A stretch of 64,000 nt of DNA from Selaginella moellendorffii (GCF_000143415.4 NW_003314327.1:458775-522774), one strand, 5' to 3'. Shown: positions 14,868-27,280, numbered from the stretch's first letter. The notes: a model not told the origin generated them from the sequence alone. Numbers and translations are program-made.

Positions 14868-17537
14868 AGAAGGCGACTCATATTGTCTATCTCGGAGATT
14901 TGGACGCGACTCTTCACTCCGATCCCGATGCTGTCACCGACTCACATTACCAGCTGCTAGAAAACATCCTTGGAAGGTATAATTTTCATTCTCGGAGACG
15001 TTCCATAACAGCTTTGTTTTTGTTTTCTCTTGTGAATGTATGCAGCTCTGAAGCTGCAAAGGCGTCTTTAACTTACAGCTATCACCATGGATTTAATGGC
15101 TTTGCCGCATCACTTACAAGCGAAGAAGCCGCTCACATCTCTCGTAAGCTTCAGTTCAAGAATTGCTCAGTTCTCGTTTTGATATGTTCCGGATACCAAA
15201 TGTTATATCCGTTTTTCCTAGTCAGAATCACAAAATGCACACGACCAACTCGTGGAGCTTCTTGGGCTTTGACGAGGACGGTGGGAAGAATGTCCAGTCG
15301 TTATTTGGTGATTCTGGAAGCGAGCCACTGCGGAGAAAGGCAAATTACGGTGAAGACATTATAGTCGGAGTGATTGACACGGGTACGTGGTTTGCGTCTT
15401 ACAAACAAGTGCTATGCTCTTCTTGAAAGTTTTCACTTCCATTGCTTCTATCGCAGGAATATGGCCAGAGTCCAAGAGCTTTGCGGACGATTCACTTGCG
15501 AGCAAGGAGAGAACTTCACTTCCTCGCATTGCAACAGGTGAATTCGGTCAAACATAAAGTTGGTAAACTTTAAACTCTTTGCAGGAAACTCATCGGTGCA
15601 AGGTTTTTCGAGCCGGAAGGAAGAACCAACACGGAGATATCTTCTCCCAGAGACGCGAATGGCCACGGGACACACGCAGCTTCCACAGCCGGGGGCCAGT
15701 TTGTAGAAAATGTGGGCTGGTCCGGCTACGCAAGCGGCACCTTGAGCGGTGGCGCATCAAACTCTCGCATTGCAGCGTACAAAGTTTGCTGGGCTCGCCA
15801 GCAAGCTTTCGACTGCACAAGCGAGAGCGTCTTGGCAGCTTTCGAGGCGGGAATACACGACGGCGTGGATGTTTTCTCCGTCTCGCTTGGCACAAATTCC
15901 AGCGGCTACTTCTCGGATCCCATCGCCATCGGTTCCTTCCACGCGACGCAGAAAGGCATCGTCGTGGTGCCCGCGGCAGGGAACAATTATTCCTTCGGCA
16001 CTGTTGCAAACGCGGCACCTTGGATCATCACCGTCGCCGCCAGCACCATCTCTCGCAGTTTTACGTCGCGAGGCTCTCTCGGCAAAACCTGAGCTTTGCA
16101 GTGAGTAAAACTCTGATTCTATATCAGTAGTCTCGTTTTTTCTTCTCTTATGTTTTGATTACAGGGCTTGAGCCTGACTCACTCTCGGCAGGCGATGGTA
16201 TTCCCTTGTGTCGAGTCTGGACGCTGGCATTCCAAACTCAAGCTTTAGTACAAGGTACGCTGATGCCAAGCATGAACACATTCATAATACACCTTTTACA
16301 TTACAGTGAGCTAGAGCGATGCGTTTCGGGATCCCTGGATCCAAAGAAAGTCCGGGGCAAAATAGTGACATGTCTTGATACGCTACCTCTTGGAGGAGGA
16401 GCTCGTCAAGCTGGGATAATTTTCTACAACCGCGGCCCCCAAAGTGCTCGTCCTTTTGAAAACGCACTTTCTGCGTCTCATGTCAACAGAGCCGCGGCAA
16501 ATGCCATAAAATCGTAACTCCACAAGGTTTACTTTTTGCTCGCGTAGAAACAAGCTTGTGTTGCTTCATCTTGTAGATCTCCTGTGGCACAAATATCTGC
16601 AGCCTCCACGCTACTCAACGCTAAATCCGCACCAGTGACGGGAGCATTCTCTTCGCAGGGCCCCAATCCCGACATTCTGAAGGTATGTAAGAATTAATTT
16701 TCAAGTTCTAAAAAAAAGACTTAGTCTCTCTTCTTCTTCTTCTTCTTTCTTGTTTTCTTTTTTTTTTCTTTTCTTTTTCTTTTTTCTAGCCCGATATCAC
16801 AGCTCCAGGAGTGGACATTCTAGCTGCATACAGCCCTTTCGCAAACAATACGGAATATCGTATTTTGTCTGGAACTTCAATGGCTTGTCCGCATGTCTCC
16901 GGGATCGTTGCACTGCTCAAGGCATACCGTCCCGAATGGTGTCCAGTGGCTATCAACTCGGCAATCGTAACTACAGGTAAAACGCAATGTGCTTTCAGGA
17001 GAAAATCGGATTTTTTTTTTCTCGTTTTGCAAAAGGTTTTCTCACTGATAACTCTGGAGGGCCGATCAAAGACGCAGCATTGCTTCCCGTCACCCCTTTT
17101 AACTTCGGTGCAGGCCACGTCAATCCAAACGCGGCTGCTCATCCGGGCCTCGTCTACGATGCCAAGGCGCCCGACTTCACGGACTTTCTGTGTGGATTGA
17201 GTCAAGAGAGACGATACATCTCGACTTTCGCGAACTGTGCCATACGACGACGCATGGCTTCCAACAATCTCAACTATCCCTCCATCGCGATCTCGTCGCT
17301 CAGGGCAAGGGAATCGTCCACCGGCGAGTGACAAACGTAGACGACGACGCTACCACGTACCGATCAAGCGTGGAGGCTCGTGTTTTGGTATCGGTGGTTC
17401 CTCCAGTTCTAGAATTCGAGCGTAGAGGAGAGACCATAGCTTTTAAAGTTCGCTTCCAGGCAGTGAAAGCTTCCAACCAGAGCTACGCTTTTGGAACTTG
17501 GAGCAATGGAAAGTACAAAGTGAGGAGCCCGAATAAA
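14868..17537 (+). pseudogene. Subtilisin-like serine protease (S8A) probable pseudogene, tandem copy 2
   Basis: Catalytic motifs IIVGVIDTG, HGTHAASTAGG and LSGTSMACPHVSG are all present. A 1-nt deletion at ~16086 (GGCAAAACCTGA versus GGCAACAACCAG in copy 1), a TAA at ~16515 and a frameshift at ~17303 disrupt the frame. Confidence 0.85.
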
Positions 17538-17696
17538 GAGTTTATAACGGCCATGCATATGAATAGTTTTTCAAAACAAAATAGTGGGGGTCTCCTAGGG
17601 TTTATGGGCGATGGCGTCTGGCGCTGGATTTTGGAGGGATTGAGTGGGATTCCACCTACATTTTGTGGGAATCGCTAGGATTGCTTGATTCCGGCC

Positions 17697-19522
17697 ATGA
17701 GCGCCATGGCTTTCTCGTCTCCAGGGCTGCGATTTCATTCAAGAGATGGAATGTTTGCTAAGCTAGATCCCTCCTGCCGGATTTTGCCGCCCTTCTCGCT
17801 TGTCTCTAGCAGGTGTCGCGCATTCCCTAGAAAATTGGCACTGGCGAGGTGTAGCTCTCAGCAACAGTCGCGGGTCTCGGGTTTGTGGAATTTGGGGCAG
17901 ATCGAGAGGTGTCTGGAGGCGATTCATTGCGCGCTCGACCCCAAGCTCGCCGCGGTTTTGGTAGTGGTCGCGTGTTCTTCGTTTAGAAGGTCTGGTAAGA
18001 AGAAACTTGCTTATCGCAATCTTTCTTGGTGATTTATTTTTTGATGTTTTGTTTGTAGAGAAGGACATTCTTACACCAGCCAAGCTCCAGTTTTTTGCTC
18101 AATAGCAAGCGAACAGGTGATAAAAAAAAACTTGTGTTAAATTCAAGCCCTGTGATCGTGTTTTTTTTTTGTTTTTTTTTTTCCATCTCTCAGCCAGCTA
18201 TTAGAGCACAGATTCACGTCAAAATCAATCAAATTCCAGTAGAAATGTCGACGCCAGAGTCCGATATCAGTGCTTGGCTCGAAGATCTCAAAGAGGAGGC
18301 AATTCAGCGAGGCGTCGGCAAAGACACGGTGCTAGAAGCATTCGACGGTGTCAAAATTTCGCCAAAGATTATGGAGAAGGATCAAACTCAGCCAGAGAAA
18401 ACGCTTACTGCGGAAGACTATATAAAAACGTAAGGCAACTTTTTGTTTTCTAGCTTTTAACACATTCTCTGCGTTTTTGCTAGTATGGTGAGCCAGAGCA
18501 GGGTCTCGAGAGGTGTCCAGGCGTTTGTTGATAACAAAGCGTTGCTGGAAGAAATCTCTGCGGAGTATGGAGTACCCGCGTCACTTTTGGTGTCCATCTG
18601 GGGGATCGAGTCCAAGTAAGATCCGCGTTCATAGATTTTGTCTCTTAATTGCTTTTTGCAGCTACGGTTCCTACACGGGTTCGTGGAATGTCATTCAAGC
18701 GCTTGTTACTCTTGCGTTTGATTCCCCAGAGGTTGGCGTAAATCTATGATACTGAGTCGAGTTTACAGTGATTTGTTTTCTCACAGGCAAGACGTAGAGC
18801 ATTCTTCAGGGATGAAGTTTTCCATGCTTTGTTTATCCTTGACAAGGCCGAGGGCCCGTCTAATGCAGCTGGCTTGAAAGGTTCCTGGGCCGGTGCCATG
18901 GGACAATGCCAATTCATGCCGTCTAGTTTCAGGAACTACGCAGTTGATTTCGACAGAGATGGACGCAAAGGTACTCAAAGGTTTCTTCTTTAGTGTCCAT
19001 TCCTAAAACGTTATTTCCAGATATCTGGTCTTCAAAGGCCGACATATTTGCATCCATTGCAAACTATCTCGCTGAACATGGATGGGAGATTGGCGGAAAA
19101 TACGCACAGAAGGTTTGCCTTCACTTTTCTCTCCTTAACCTGATCGATTGGTGTTTCTGCAAGGTCAAAATTCCATCCGACATGGATAAATCTGTCTACG
19201 GTTTGGATATCAAGAAAAATGTGAACAGATGGTTAGAAGAAAATACGATCACCGCCTGCGATGGAAGTCAGCTATCTGGTGACGAACCAGTCAGTCTGGT
19301 ATGTAAGAATTCTCCATTTGCTGATTCTCACTCTTTCTCTCGCCAATAAATTCTTAACAGGTTGCTCCGGACGGGCCTTCGGGAGTAGCTTATCTTGTCT
19401 GGGAGAACTTTCGTGTTGTTATGCGATACAACATATCCATTCTATATAGTCTTGCAGTTTACGAGCTTGCTGAAGAGATCACTGCCGGAATGACGGCCTT
19501 AGAATCAAAGGCAAACGAATAA
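17697..19522 (+). CDS. MltB: Lytic murein transglycosylase, MltB/SLT_2 family, with putative plastid transit peptide (intron-containing)
   Basis: AWLEDLKEEAIQRGV...DQTQPE, YGVPASLLVSIWGIES|NYG (catalytic Glu), LKGSWAGAMGQCQFMPSSF, AVDFDRDGRK|DIWSS...ASIANYL...GW, NFRVVMRYN. Ser/Arg-rich N-terminal extension. Confidence 0.9.
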
Positions 19523-19680
19523 ACCTTGTGAATCCCTTTTAAGTTTATTTAAGTTTGTCGACTGTGCTATCAGAAATATATTCCATTTCAATTATCATAT
19601 GGTTAAGAATAGCATCGATTGTTAATATTAGTGAAACAATATCGGTATATATATACGACTTTATATCATCGCAATCAACA

Positions 19681-21405
19681 ATGGAATTAAAGTGTTTGGC
19701 TCTGGCTGCCTTCCTTTTCATCGCTTATGTTGCTGCAGATGGTTAGTCATGTAGTTTCCAAGGTTTTCCATGTAAACCAATGTTTTAAAACCTTTTTCAC
19801 AGATTTTCCATTCCCTCTTAGCGAGGCACACCAAGCGCCTGACTTGATTAAAGATTTGGATTACATTGTTGTGGGTGGCGGAGCTGCAGGATGTGCATTG
19901 GCTACAACACTTTCACAGAATTTTACTGTTCTTCTGCTTGAGCGAGGTGGCTCCCCTTACAATAACCCGCTGTTTATGAGAGAGGAGAATTTTATGCTTG
20001 GTTTACTTGACGAAGGAACACAAGGCTTTGTCAGCACAGATGGTGTTGCTAATTCAAGAGGGCGAGTTTTGGGTGGGGGGTCATCGATCAATGGGGGATT
20101 TTGGGACCGTGCATCAGCCCAAGAAATCAAACAGATCGGACTTGACCCTGTTAAAGCCAATGCTTCCTACATTTGGGCCGAGAATGTGATTGTTTCCCTA
20201 CCAACTTTAGGACCTTTCCAGACAGCTTTCCACAAGGGGCTGGTTGAAGCCGGAGTGACACCGGATCTCGGTGCTACATACGAGCACTCTGTGGGGACCA
20301 AGACCGGAGGAACCTTGTTTGATGAGAATGGCCAGCGCCGACCGTCTTCCAACTTGATCGCCGCTTATGCTAACCCGCAAAACCTTCAGGTCCTGCTGAA
20401 TGCTCAAGCCGTGAAGATCCATTTCGATGTGTCTGGTAAGAATCAATCTTGGTTATATAGTTATATAATGACTGTTCTGCAGATTCTGGAGCTCCAAGGG
20501 CGATGGAAGTTGATTTCATCGACCGAAATGGAGGTCTTCATACTGCTTTTCTCAAACAAGATTCGGCCAGTGAGATTATCCTCTCCGCCAGCGCAATCGG
20601 AACTCCTCATCTTCTTATGTTGAGCGGTGTTGGGCCGGCTGATCACCTCAAGCAGTTCAACATCAATGTCGTCCTCAACTTGCCTGTTGGCAAGAACATT
20701 GCAGACAATCCAGCCACAAGAGTCTACGTGCCATCGCCTCTGCCTGTTGAGTCTGCGCTCGTAAAGGTGGCGGGTATCACCCCCTTCGGCAGCTATATCG
20801 AGTCCCTCAGCGGAGTCCAGAACCTTCAGGGCAGCGTCATCTTCCAAAAGGTGGCGGGCCCAAAATCCACCGGAGAAGTGGTCCTTAGTAACGACAGCTT
20901 GGACATTACCAACAATCCCGTCATCACTTTCAACTATTACAACAACTCAGATGATCTAGCAACCTGCATTGGCGGTCTTAACATCATGGAGAAATTCCTG
21001 CTGTCCAAGACAATGACCCCTTTTGTGAGCGGCATGCAAGCTATGCCATCGGGCAACGTGCTTGGCTTGCCGATCCGCAAGTTTACGTCACAGGAGGTTA
21101 TCAACGCGACACTGAGTGCATACTGCAAGGTTAATGTTGGTACAATGTGGCATTACCATGGTAGCTGCCGGGTTGGCCAGGTGGTGGACTCCCAGTACAA
21201 GGTGTTGGGTGCGGAGAGGCTCAGGATTGTCGATGGATCTGTGTTTGACTTCTGCCCAGGTACCAATCCCCAGGCAACATTTGTAATGATGGGAAGGTAT
21301 GTGCAGAATTCTTATCCGTAGTTTTTACAATCTTTTTGTTTGCAAATGGACAGGTACATGGGATTGGAGATTATAGATGCGCGGCTCAATAGCACATCCA
21401 CCTGA
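19681..21405 (+). CDS. Secreted GMC oxidoreductase (HOTHEAD/mandelonitrile lyase-like), copy 1
   Basis: Signal peptide; DYIVVGGGAAGCALATTLS, GRVLGGGSSING, GTPHLLMLSGVGP, WHYHGSC, PGTNPQAT. Confidence 0.92.
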
Positions 21406-21589
21406 AAAAAGCTTAATGCAAACTTTTTCATGTTTCATCAAACCTTTAATTTAGAAAACGCGGGTAAAATGTTATCTTCTGGCATCACAAATTCGAACGT
21501 CAAAGTTCAGCACAAAAAGATCTACTCAATGATCGACTAGCTTGGCACCATTCTACATTGCCGCTCAACTCTTTTTCTCTTTCTACAGG

Positions 21590-22420
21590 AACCTGCAAGA
21601 GGATGCGAGAGTTCTGGGAACAGATCGTGCAACACGGGGCAAACGGATTCTCTCGTGCATTGACACCACCGATCCAAATGTGTGGCTGCCTGGACCATGC
21701 CCACGGCGTATTCTACATCTTCTCACACACACGGGATTTGCTCTAAGAAGTAGCGAGCGATGTGACGTGAAATGCACTGGTGAACGTTTTGGCACAAGAT
21801 GGACAGCTTGTACTGGTGGTCTGCTGGAATTCCATTTGAGACGTTGTGTCTTATTTTTATTTCACCATATTCCGTGACGGGTATATTGGGTATTTGGCAC
21901 GACTTGTTTGATTTGATGCCGCACGAAGAGGTCACTTGGAACGCACTGGTGTCTCGATTATCTGATATTTTAAGGTCCTTTGAGTATGCCAAAGCATTCA
22001 ATGCCACTGGAATGTTGCGGCAACGACGACAGAAAATGCCCAGATGGAAAATCTAGAGGCTGCTGCTTAAACTTTCGAGAGGATGCCGCGGCAGAACGTG
22101 ATCTCTTGCTTGATGCATATACTTACAAGCGGGGCCTAATATTCTTTGGACATTACCAACAATCCTGTCATCACTTTCAACTATTACAACAACTCAGATG
22201 ATCTATTGACCTGCATTGGCGGTCTTAACATCATGGCCATCCTAACTGCAAGGATTTACGCAATCACGAAGCAAAGCTCTACTTCAACAGCATGCCTCAA
22301 CAAAACGAGAGCTTTCAAACCACGATCAAGCTCTGGAAATCTTCCAGAGAATGCCCCGCGATATATATGTTGTGTCCTGGATGACAAGCTTTCAAGAAGT
22401 TTCTTTGAAGAGATGACGTA
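21590..22420 (+). pseudogene. Degenerate PLS-type PPR fragments with an embedded GMC exon fragment
   Basis: Broken motifs LFDLMPHEEVTWNALVS, EAKLYFNSMPQQNE, SRSFFEEMT. 22146-22237 is a near-exact copy of GMC1 ~20899-20988. Confidence 0.55.
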
Positions 22421-22616
22421 GAATTTTTTTTAAAAAAAGTGGAAAGAAGCTGTTATAGCATAGATATAAAATCCAATACTTAGTTCTTTTTTGGCATGCA
22501 AGTTACATGCATTATTAGCACTTTTTCTTTATTTATAGGTTGGGAAGTAATTAAGGTTTTTTTTTACGCATTATAAAATAATGCCCAAAAGAACACAAAG
22601 CTTGTGAATCACAGGA

Positions 22617-24342
22617 ATGGGGATCCTTGGCTTGTTCTTCGCAGTTTTCATTGCTTGTGCTGCTGCAGCGGGTAATTATTTAAAAGTTATTTCTTATTTC
22701 TTGTTTACTGACTGTGTCTTTGCTGAAAACTAAATGCAGAATTCCCCTTTCCTCTCCAAGAAGCTCACAATGTCGAGTTGACGCAAGACTACGATTACAT
22801 CATTGTGGGAGGCGGTGCCACAGGATGTGCACTGGCCGCAACACTGTCAGAGAACTTCCGCGTCCTATTGCTCGAGCGAGGAGGCTCCCCTTACAGCAAC
22901 CCACTGCTCATGAGGGTGGAGAATTTCTTCCTGGGGTTCCTGGATGATGGAGCTCAGAACTTCGTCACCACTGAAGGCGTTGCCAATGCTCGGGGGCGCG
23001 TTTTGGGTGGTGGATCATCGATTAACGCCGGTTTCTGGGACCGTGCCCCGGCTTCGGAGATTGCGCAGCTCGGACTCGATCCCGTCAAGGCTAATGCCTC
23101 GTACACCTGGGCAGAGAATGCGATTGTCTCGCTCCCTGTATTGGGACCTTTCCAGAGCGCTTTCCACAAGGGGCTTGTCGAGGTTGGAGTGACACCGGAT
23201 CTTGGTGCCACTTACGAGCACTTCGTGGGAACCAAGACTGGGGGCTCGCTGTATGACAGCAATGGCCAGCGCCGGCCGTCTTCCAACTTGATTGCCGCAT
23301 ATGCCAATGCGACCAACCTTCAAGTTGTGCTCCATGCAACAGTTACAAAGGTCCAGTTCGATGGTAAGTTGTTTTCAAACTCTTTTCTTGCTTTGAAATC
23401 ACAAAATTCTTGTTCTTTTGTATCGAAGATGGTCTTTCCAAGCCCACGGCCATTGGAGTTGAATTCGTCGACGAGCTCGGACAAATCCACGCCGCGTTCC
23501 TCAAGGCTGACGAAAGGAGTGAAGTGATACTTTCCGCCAGTGCCATCGGAACTCCCCACCTCCTGATGATGAGCGGCGTTGGGCCGGCGGAGCACCTCAA
23601 GCAGAAGGGCATTCCCGTCATTCTTGATCTTCCAGTCGGCAAGAACATTGCGGACAATCCCGCCACCCGACTGTACGTCCCCTCTATGTCGCCTGTGGAG
23701 CCGGCTCTCGTACAGGTGGCCGGAATCACGCCCTTTGGCAGCTACATCGAGGCCCTCAGCGGTGTCCAGAACCTCCAGGGCAGCGTCATATTCCAAAAGG
23801 TGGTAGGACCAAAATCCACGGGAGAGGTTCTCATTGACAGCATGGATATCAGGCAGAACCCCTCTGTCACCTTCAACTATTACAAGGATCCCGAGGACTT
23901 GCAGATCTGTGTGGGCGGCCTGAATGTGATCGAGGAGCTCCTTTTGTCCAAGAGCATGACGCCGTTTGTCAATGGTATGCAAGCAATGCCATCTGGTAAC
24001 ATTCTTGGCCTCCCGATCCGTAAATTCTACCCCAAGGAGATGATTGATATGGCCCTGGGTGCGTATTGCAAGGCCAACGTTGGTACTATGTGGCATTACC
24101 ATGGTAGCTGCCGGGTTGGCCAGGTGGTGGACGCCCAATTCAAGGTTTTGGGCACAGAGCAGCTCCGGATTGTGGATGGCTCCGTGTTCGACTTCTGCCC
24201 GGGGACCAACCCACAGGCAACTTTCATAATGACGGGAAGGTATGCAAAACTGATTTCATTTTTGGCAATTCTTCATTGCTGCATTTGTTTGTTTCATAGA
24301 TACATGGGAGTGGAGATTACTTCCCGGCGTTTGACTGCATGA
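22617..24342 (+). CDS. Secreted GMC oxidoreductase (HOTHEAD/mandelonitrile lyase-like), copy 2
   Basis: Signal peptide MGILGLFFAVFIACAAAA; DYDYIIVGGGATGC, GRVLGGGSSINAG, WHYHGSC, PGTNPQAT. Same exon layout as copy 1. Confidence 0.92.
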
Positions 24343-24811
24343 GCTACTGAAGGCAATTCCAGATGTCACTCTCCGCCGCACCGCAAAGTAGTTATAGTGT
24401 AGATACGTTGTCTAATTTTCACTGCTACAATCTATAATCTATAATTAACTAACATTTCATGAATGAGACCTTCTATTCGAAGAGAGGACGAGAGGGTATT
24501 TGTGTTGGATGAAAGCTGATCTCTAGCCTAAAACAAAGGAAGCTGTCCCGTTAAAAATCCTCAGAATCCATATCCTCAAAAATATATATATGGATATGGA
24601 GATGCCAGGAGTTGAACCCGGGTAAACAAGCTGCTGCGCATTTGATTAACCACTAAAAAGAATATTGATTCTTTTAATCGAATTATCCTTTCTCCAACTA
24701 AAGTCAACGCATAGTCTAACAAATTTTCAACCCGTATATACCACCCGTTTACTTTACACACCACATTCCACGAGGATAGAAACTCTAGTCTCGGACGATA
24801 AGATTCACAGT

Positions 24812-26056
24812 TCAGTTGATCCTGCTACAATCCCTTCTGATTTCCCCGCTCGTCCCTGTTTTGACGCCGATGCTGCCCATTTTGTCCATGGCGTCAGCAA
24901 ACGCATTAAAGAAGCGCTGGCGCTTCTTTGAAAACAAGCGGACAAGCTTCCTGGTCCGCCTGTCCGAGTAAAGTTCCTGGTCCGAGGTTACCAACCCTCT
25001 GCCCGCCAACAGATTCTTGTAGTACGCGTTGTCAAACTCGAAAGGGGTCACTGGATCAAACGGCTCCACCAGGTTTGGATTTCCGCCCCGGATGGGGCAC
25101 GATTTCTTGAGGTCCGACGCGAAGCTGGAGCTCATTGTTGGATCCATCCTGTTACTGCTGCTGAAGTTGTAGAGCCGGCTGCTGAATTGATCGCAGTGTG
25201 CAAAGCCAAATGTGTGAGCTCCTGGAGTTTTTTGTTTGTGTAGTTTGGATCATGGAAGAAGAAAAGTGAGTGATTGATGTTTTGGTGACTTCTGCGCATA
25301 CCTGAGAGTGACACCAGGTCGACGAGATTGAGACCCTTGGTCGCAAAGTTTTTGAGAAGTTGGTTTACGGAGAATTCCGCGCCGGGGAGATTGGCAGTGG
25401 CGGCTTCCGCTCTGGAGATTCTCCCGTCGCGTCTTCCTTTCTTCACTTGCCATGCTGGTCCTCCAGTCTGACCAACATAAAAAAAACGCATTTTGTTTTT
25501 GAGTCCCCTTTCGTTTTGGAGCTTTGGGCATGAATGGAAGACCTCCAAAAGGCTTTAAAGAAGGGAAGTTTCGCTTACCAGGCCAACAAAGTCGCGCGTT
25601 AGTATGGCGAGAACATCGGCGCAAGAGACCACTCCCGGGCACTCGGCTTCCACGGCTTTCTTGGCTTTCATCACCGAATCAAATGCGTCTCCGGCCAGGG
25701 ATTTGTTGATGTCCGCGTCCTTCTCGGCTCTGTTTGCCGGCGTGGATGCTAAGGTCACGGAAGCATCACACCCCTGGATGGAGGAATTCATGGAAATCCG
25801 GACAAGTTTATCAGGGATGAGAGAAAAAAAACTAGATTTTTTTCTCTCCACTTGCCTCGACGAAGCAGTCGTGGAAGAAGAGACGGACTGTGGCAGCGGC
25901 AGATGTTGGTGCTTGCTTAAATTTGTCGAGAGCTACTCGCTTGACGATGGATTCCACTCGCGGGCAGCTCCTGCCGTAGAAGCCAACCGAGAGTTGGGCC
26001 GAGGAAGAGGAAACGCAAACTGTAATCACTAGCAAAAGTAGCAATGTTTTATCCAT
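24812..26056 (-). CDS. Class III secretory heme peroxidase
   Basis: Signal peptide then QLSVGFYGRSCP, RLFFHDCFVE|GCDASV, CPGVVSCADVLA, GRRDG, DLVSLSG|AHTFG, FDNAYYKNL, GEIRRDCSRIN. Alternative ATG at 26074. Confidence 0.95.
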
Positions 26057-26699
26057 GAAATCGTAGCGAAACATGGAAGCTGCACGGGATACGAGAAATC
26101 AGATGTTTAGAAATGATATGTGACTTTAAAAACAAACCTGGGGATCACTGAAGAACACGGCTGAGCTCTAGAAAAAAGGAAGGACGGACAGTTTCATTTC
26201 CAGAAAGAAGTATAGGGAAAAGAAGCTGTCCCAAAGTTATAACGCTGCTGGAAAGAAAAAGAAAAAGGAAAAAAATGAAAAGAGAGATTTGGCAAAGTTT
26301 AGGGGAATGTTGCTGGACAGCACAGACTTTGCTTTCAAGCCTACACATGAAACCGATGACAAGAAGAAAATTTTGTATCTCTCCCGAAGAGCCACGAGCT
26401 GGCACACTACAACACAGGCTAGAAGCTGAGTAGGAAGAAGCCGATAGATTGACAAAAGAGAAACAAGGAATAAAATATCGGGTTTTGATCCCTGCTAAGT
26501 ATGTATACAAACGAAGCAGACAAACCAGGATAATACTTGTAGAATACGATATTCTCCTTGTGATCGATCCCCTTACCGAATCGTGCAAAAGCGATTCTTA
26601 ACATAAGAGAAAGATATTTAACTTAATGCAGTTCCAATTTTCCAATCTTGTTCAATCTATGGACAAGATGGTGCACATTCCAATGACTTTGCAATGTCT

Positions 26700-26790
26700 A
26701 CTTCCGGAACATTATCACCAGCGTGTATGCCCAGAATGTGTTTCCTGGAATTCTATGGTGACGGCGTATGCGGGTGCTCAAGCAAATGGC
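26700..26790 (+). pseudogene. Isolated PLS-type PPR motif remnant
   Basis: PECVSWNSMVTAYA matches the S/P-motif consensus VSWNxMIxAYA. Confidence 0.45.
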
Positions 26791-27075
26791 AGCCCAGGAT
26801 TTCGTGGACACTCGACTTCACGCTCTGTCGGCTCGAGCCCAGTGCTTTCTCTGAAGGACGGACGGCCAAATCGCATCTTGGTCGTGGGAAGCTCTCTCAT
26901 CAACATTTAAATGTGTTTGCCAGTCACCTTGTATCAAATATAAAGAAAAAAATTTACCTTGATCTTGCTACTACTTCTCGAGCAGGGCAACAAAAATACG
27001 GCTTCTCAGCTCCCCGCTTGAAACGCTTGCACCTGTTCGTATTTGTTAGAACTAAGCTGAACATGCACACAACCA

Positions 27076-27147
27076 GGGCAGGTAGCTCAGTGGTAGAGCA
27101 CCTGGCACCGGTGTAGGAGGTCCTGGGTTCAATCCCCGGCCTGTCCA
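27076..27147 (+). ncRNA. tRNA-like Pol III cassette in the 5' LTR of the TRIM
   Basis: GGGCAGG/CCTGTCC acceptor stem, GCTC-AGTGGTA-GAGC D arm (A box), CTGGG-TTCAATC-CCCGG T arm (B box). Anticodon arm is aberrant (CCTGG-CACCGGT-GTAGG, no U33). Confidence 0.85.
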
Positions 27148-27280
27148 GATCCATTTTCCAACATGGTATCGGAGCTATGGTTGGATGGCCTGTGGTAGGC
27201 ATGGACTGGGCAGGTAGGGATGTGTGGTGTGTTCAGCTTAGGGGGGAGTGTTAGAACTAAGCTGAACATGCACACAACCA

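Noticed and set aside
17697-19522. Bacterial contamination explaining MltB
   Set aside because: The gene has multiple GT-AG introns and is contiguous with plant genes.
20461-24138. Long antisense ORFs over the GMC exons
   Set aside because: These are shadow frames of GC3-rich coding exons.
24598-24655. tRNA-like B-box and 3' end on the minus strand (GGGTTCAACTCCTGGCATCTCCA)
   Set aside because: No matching 5' acceptor strand or D stem; at most a decayed fragment.
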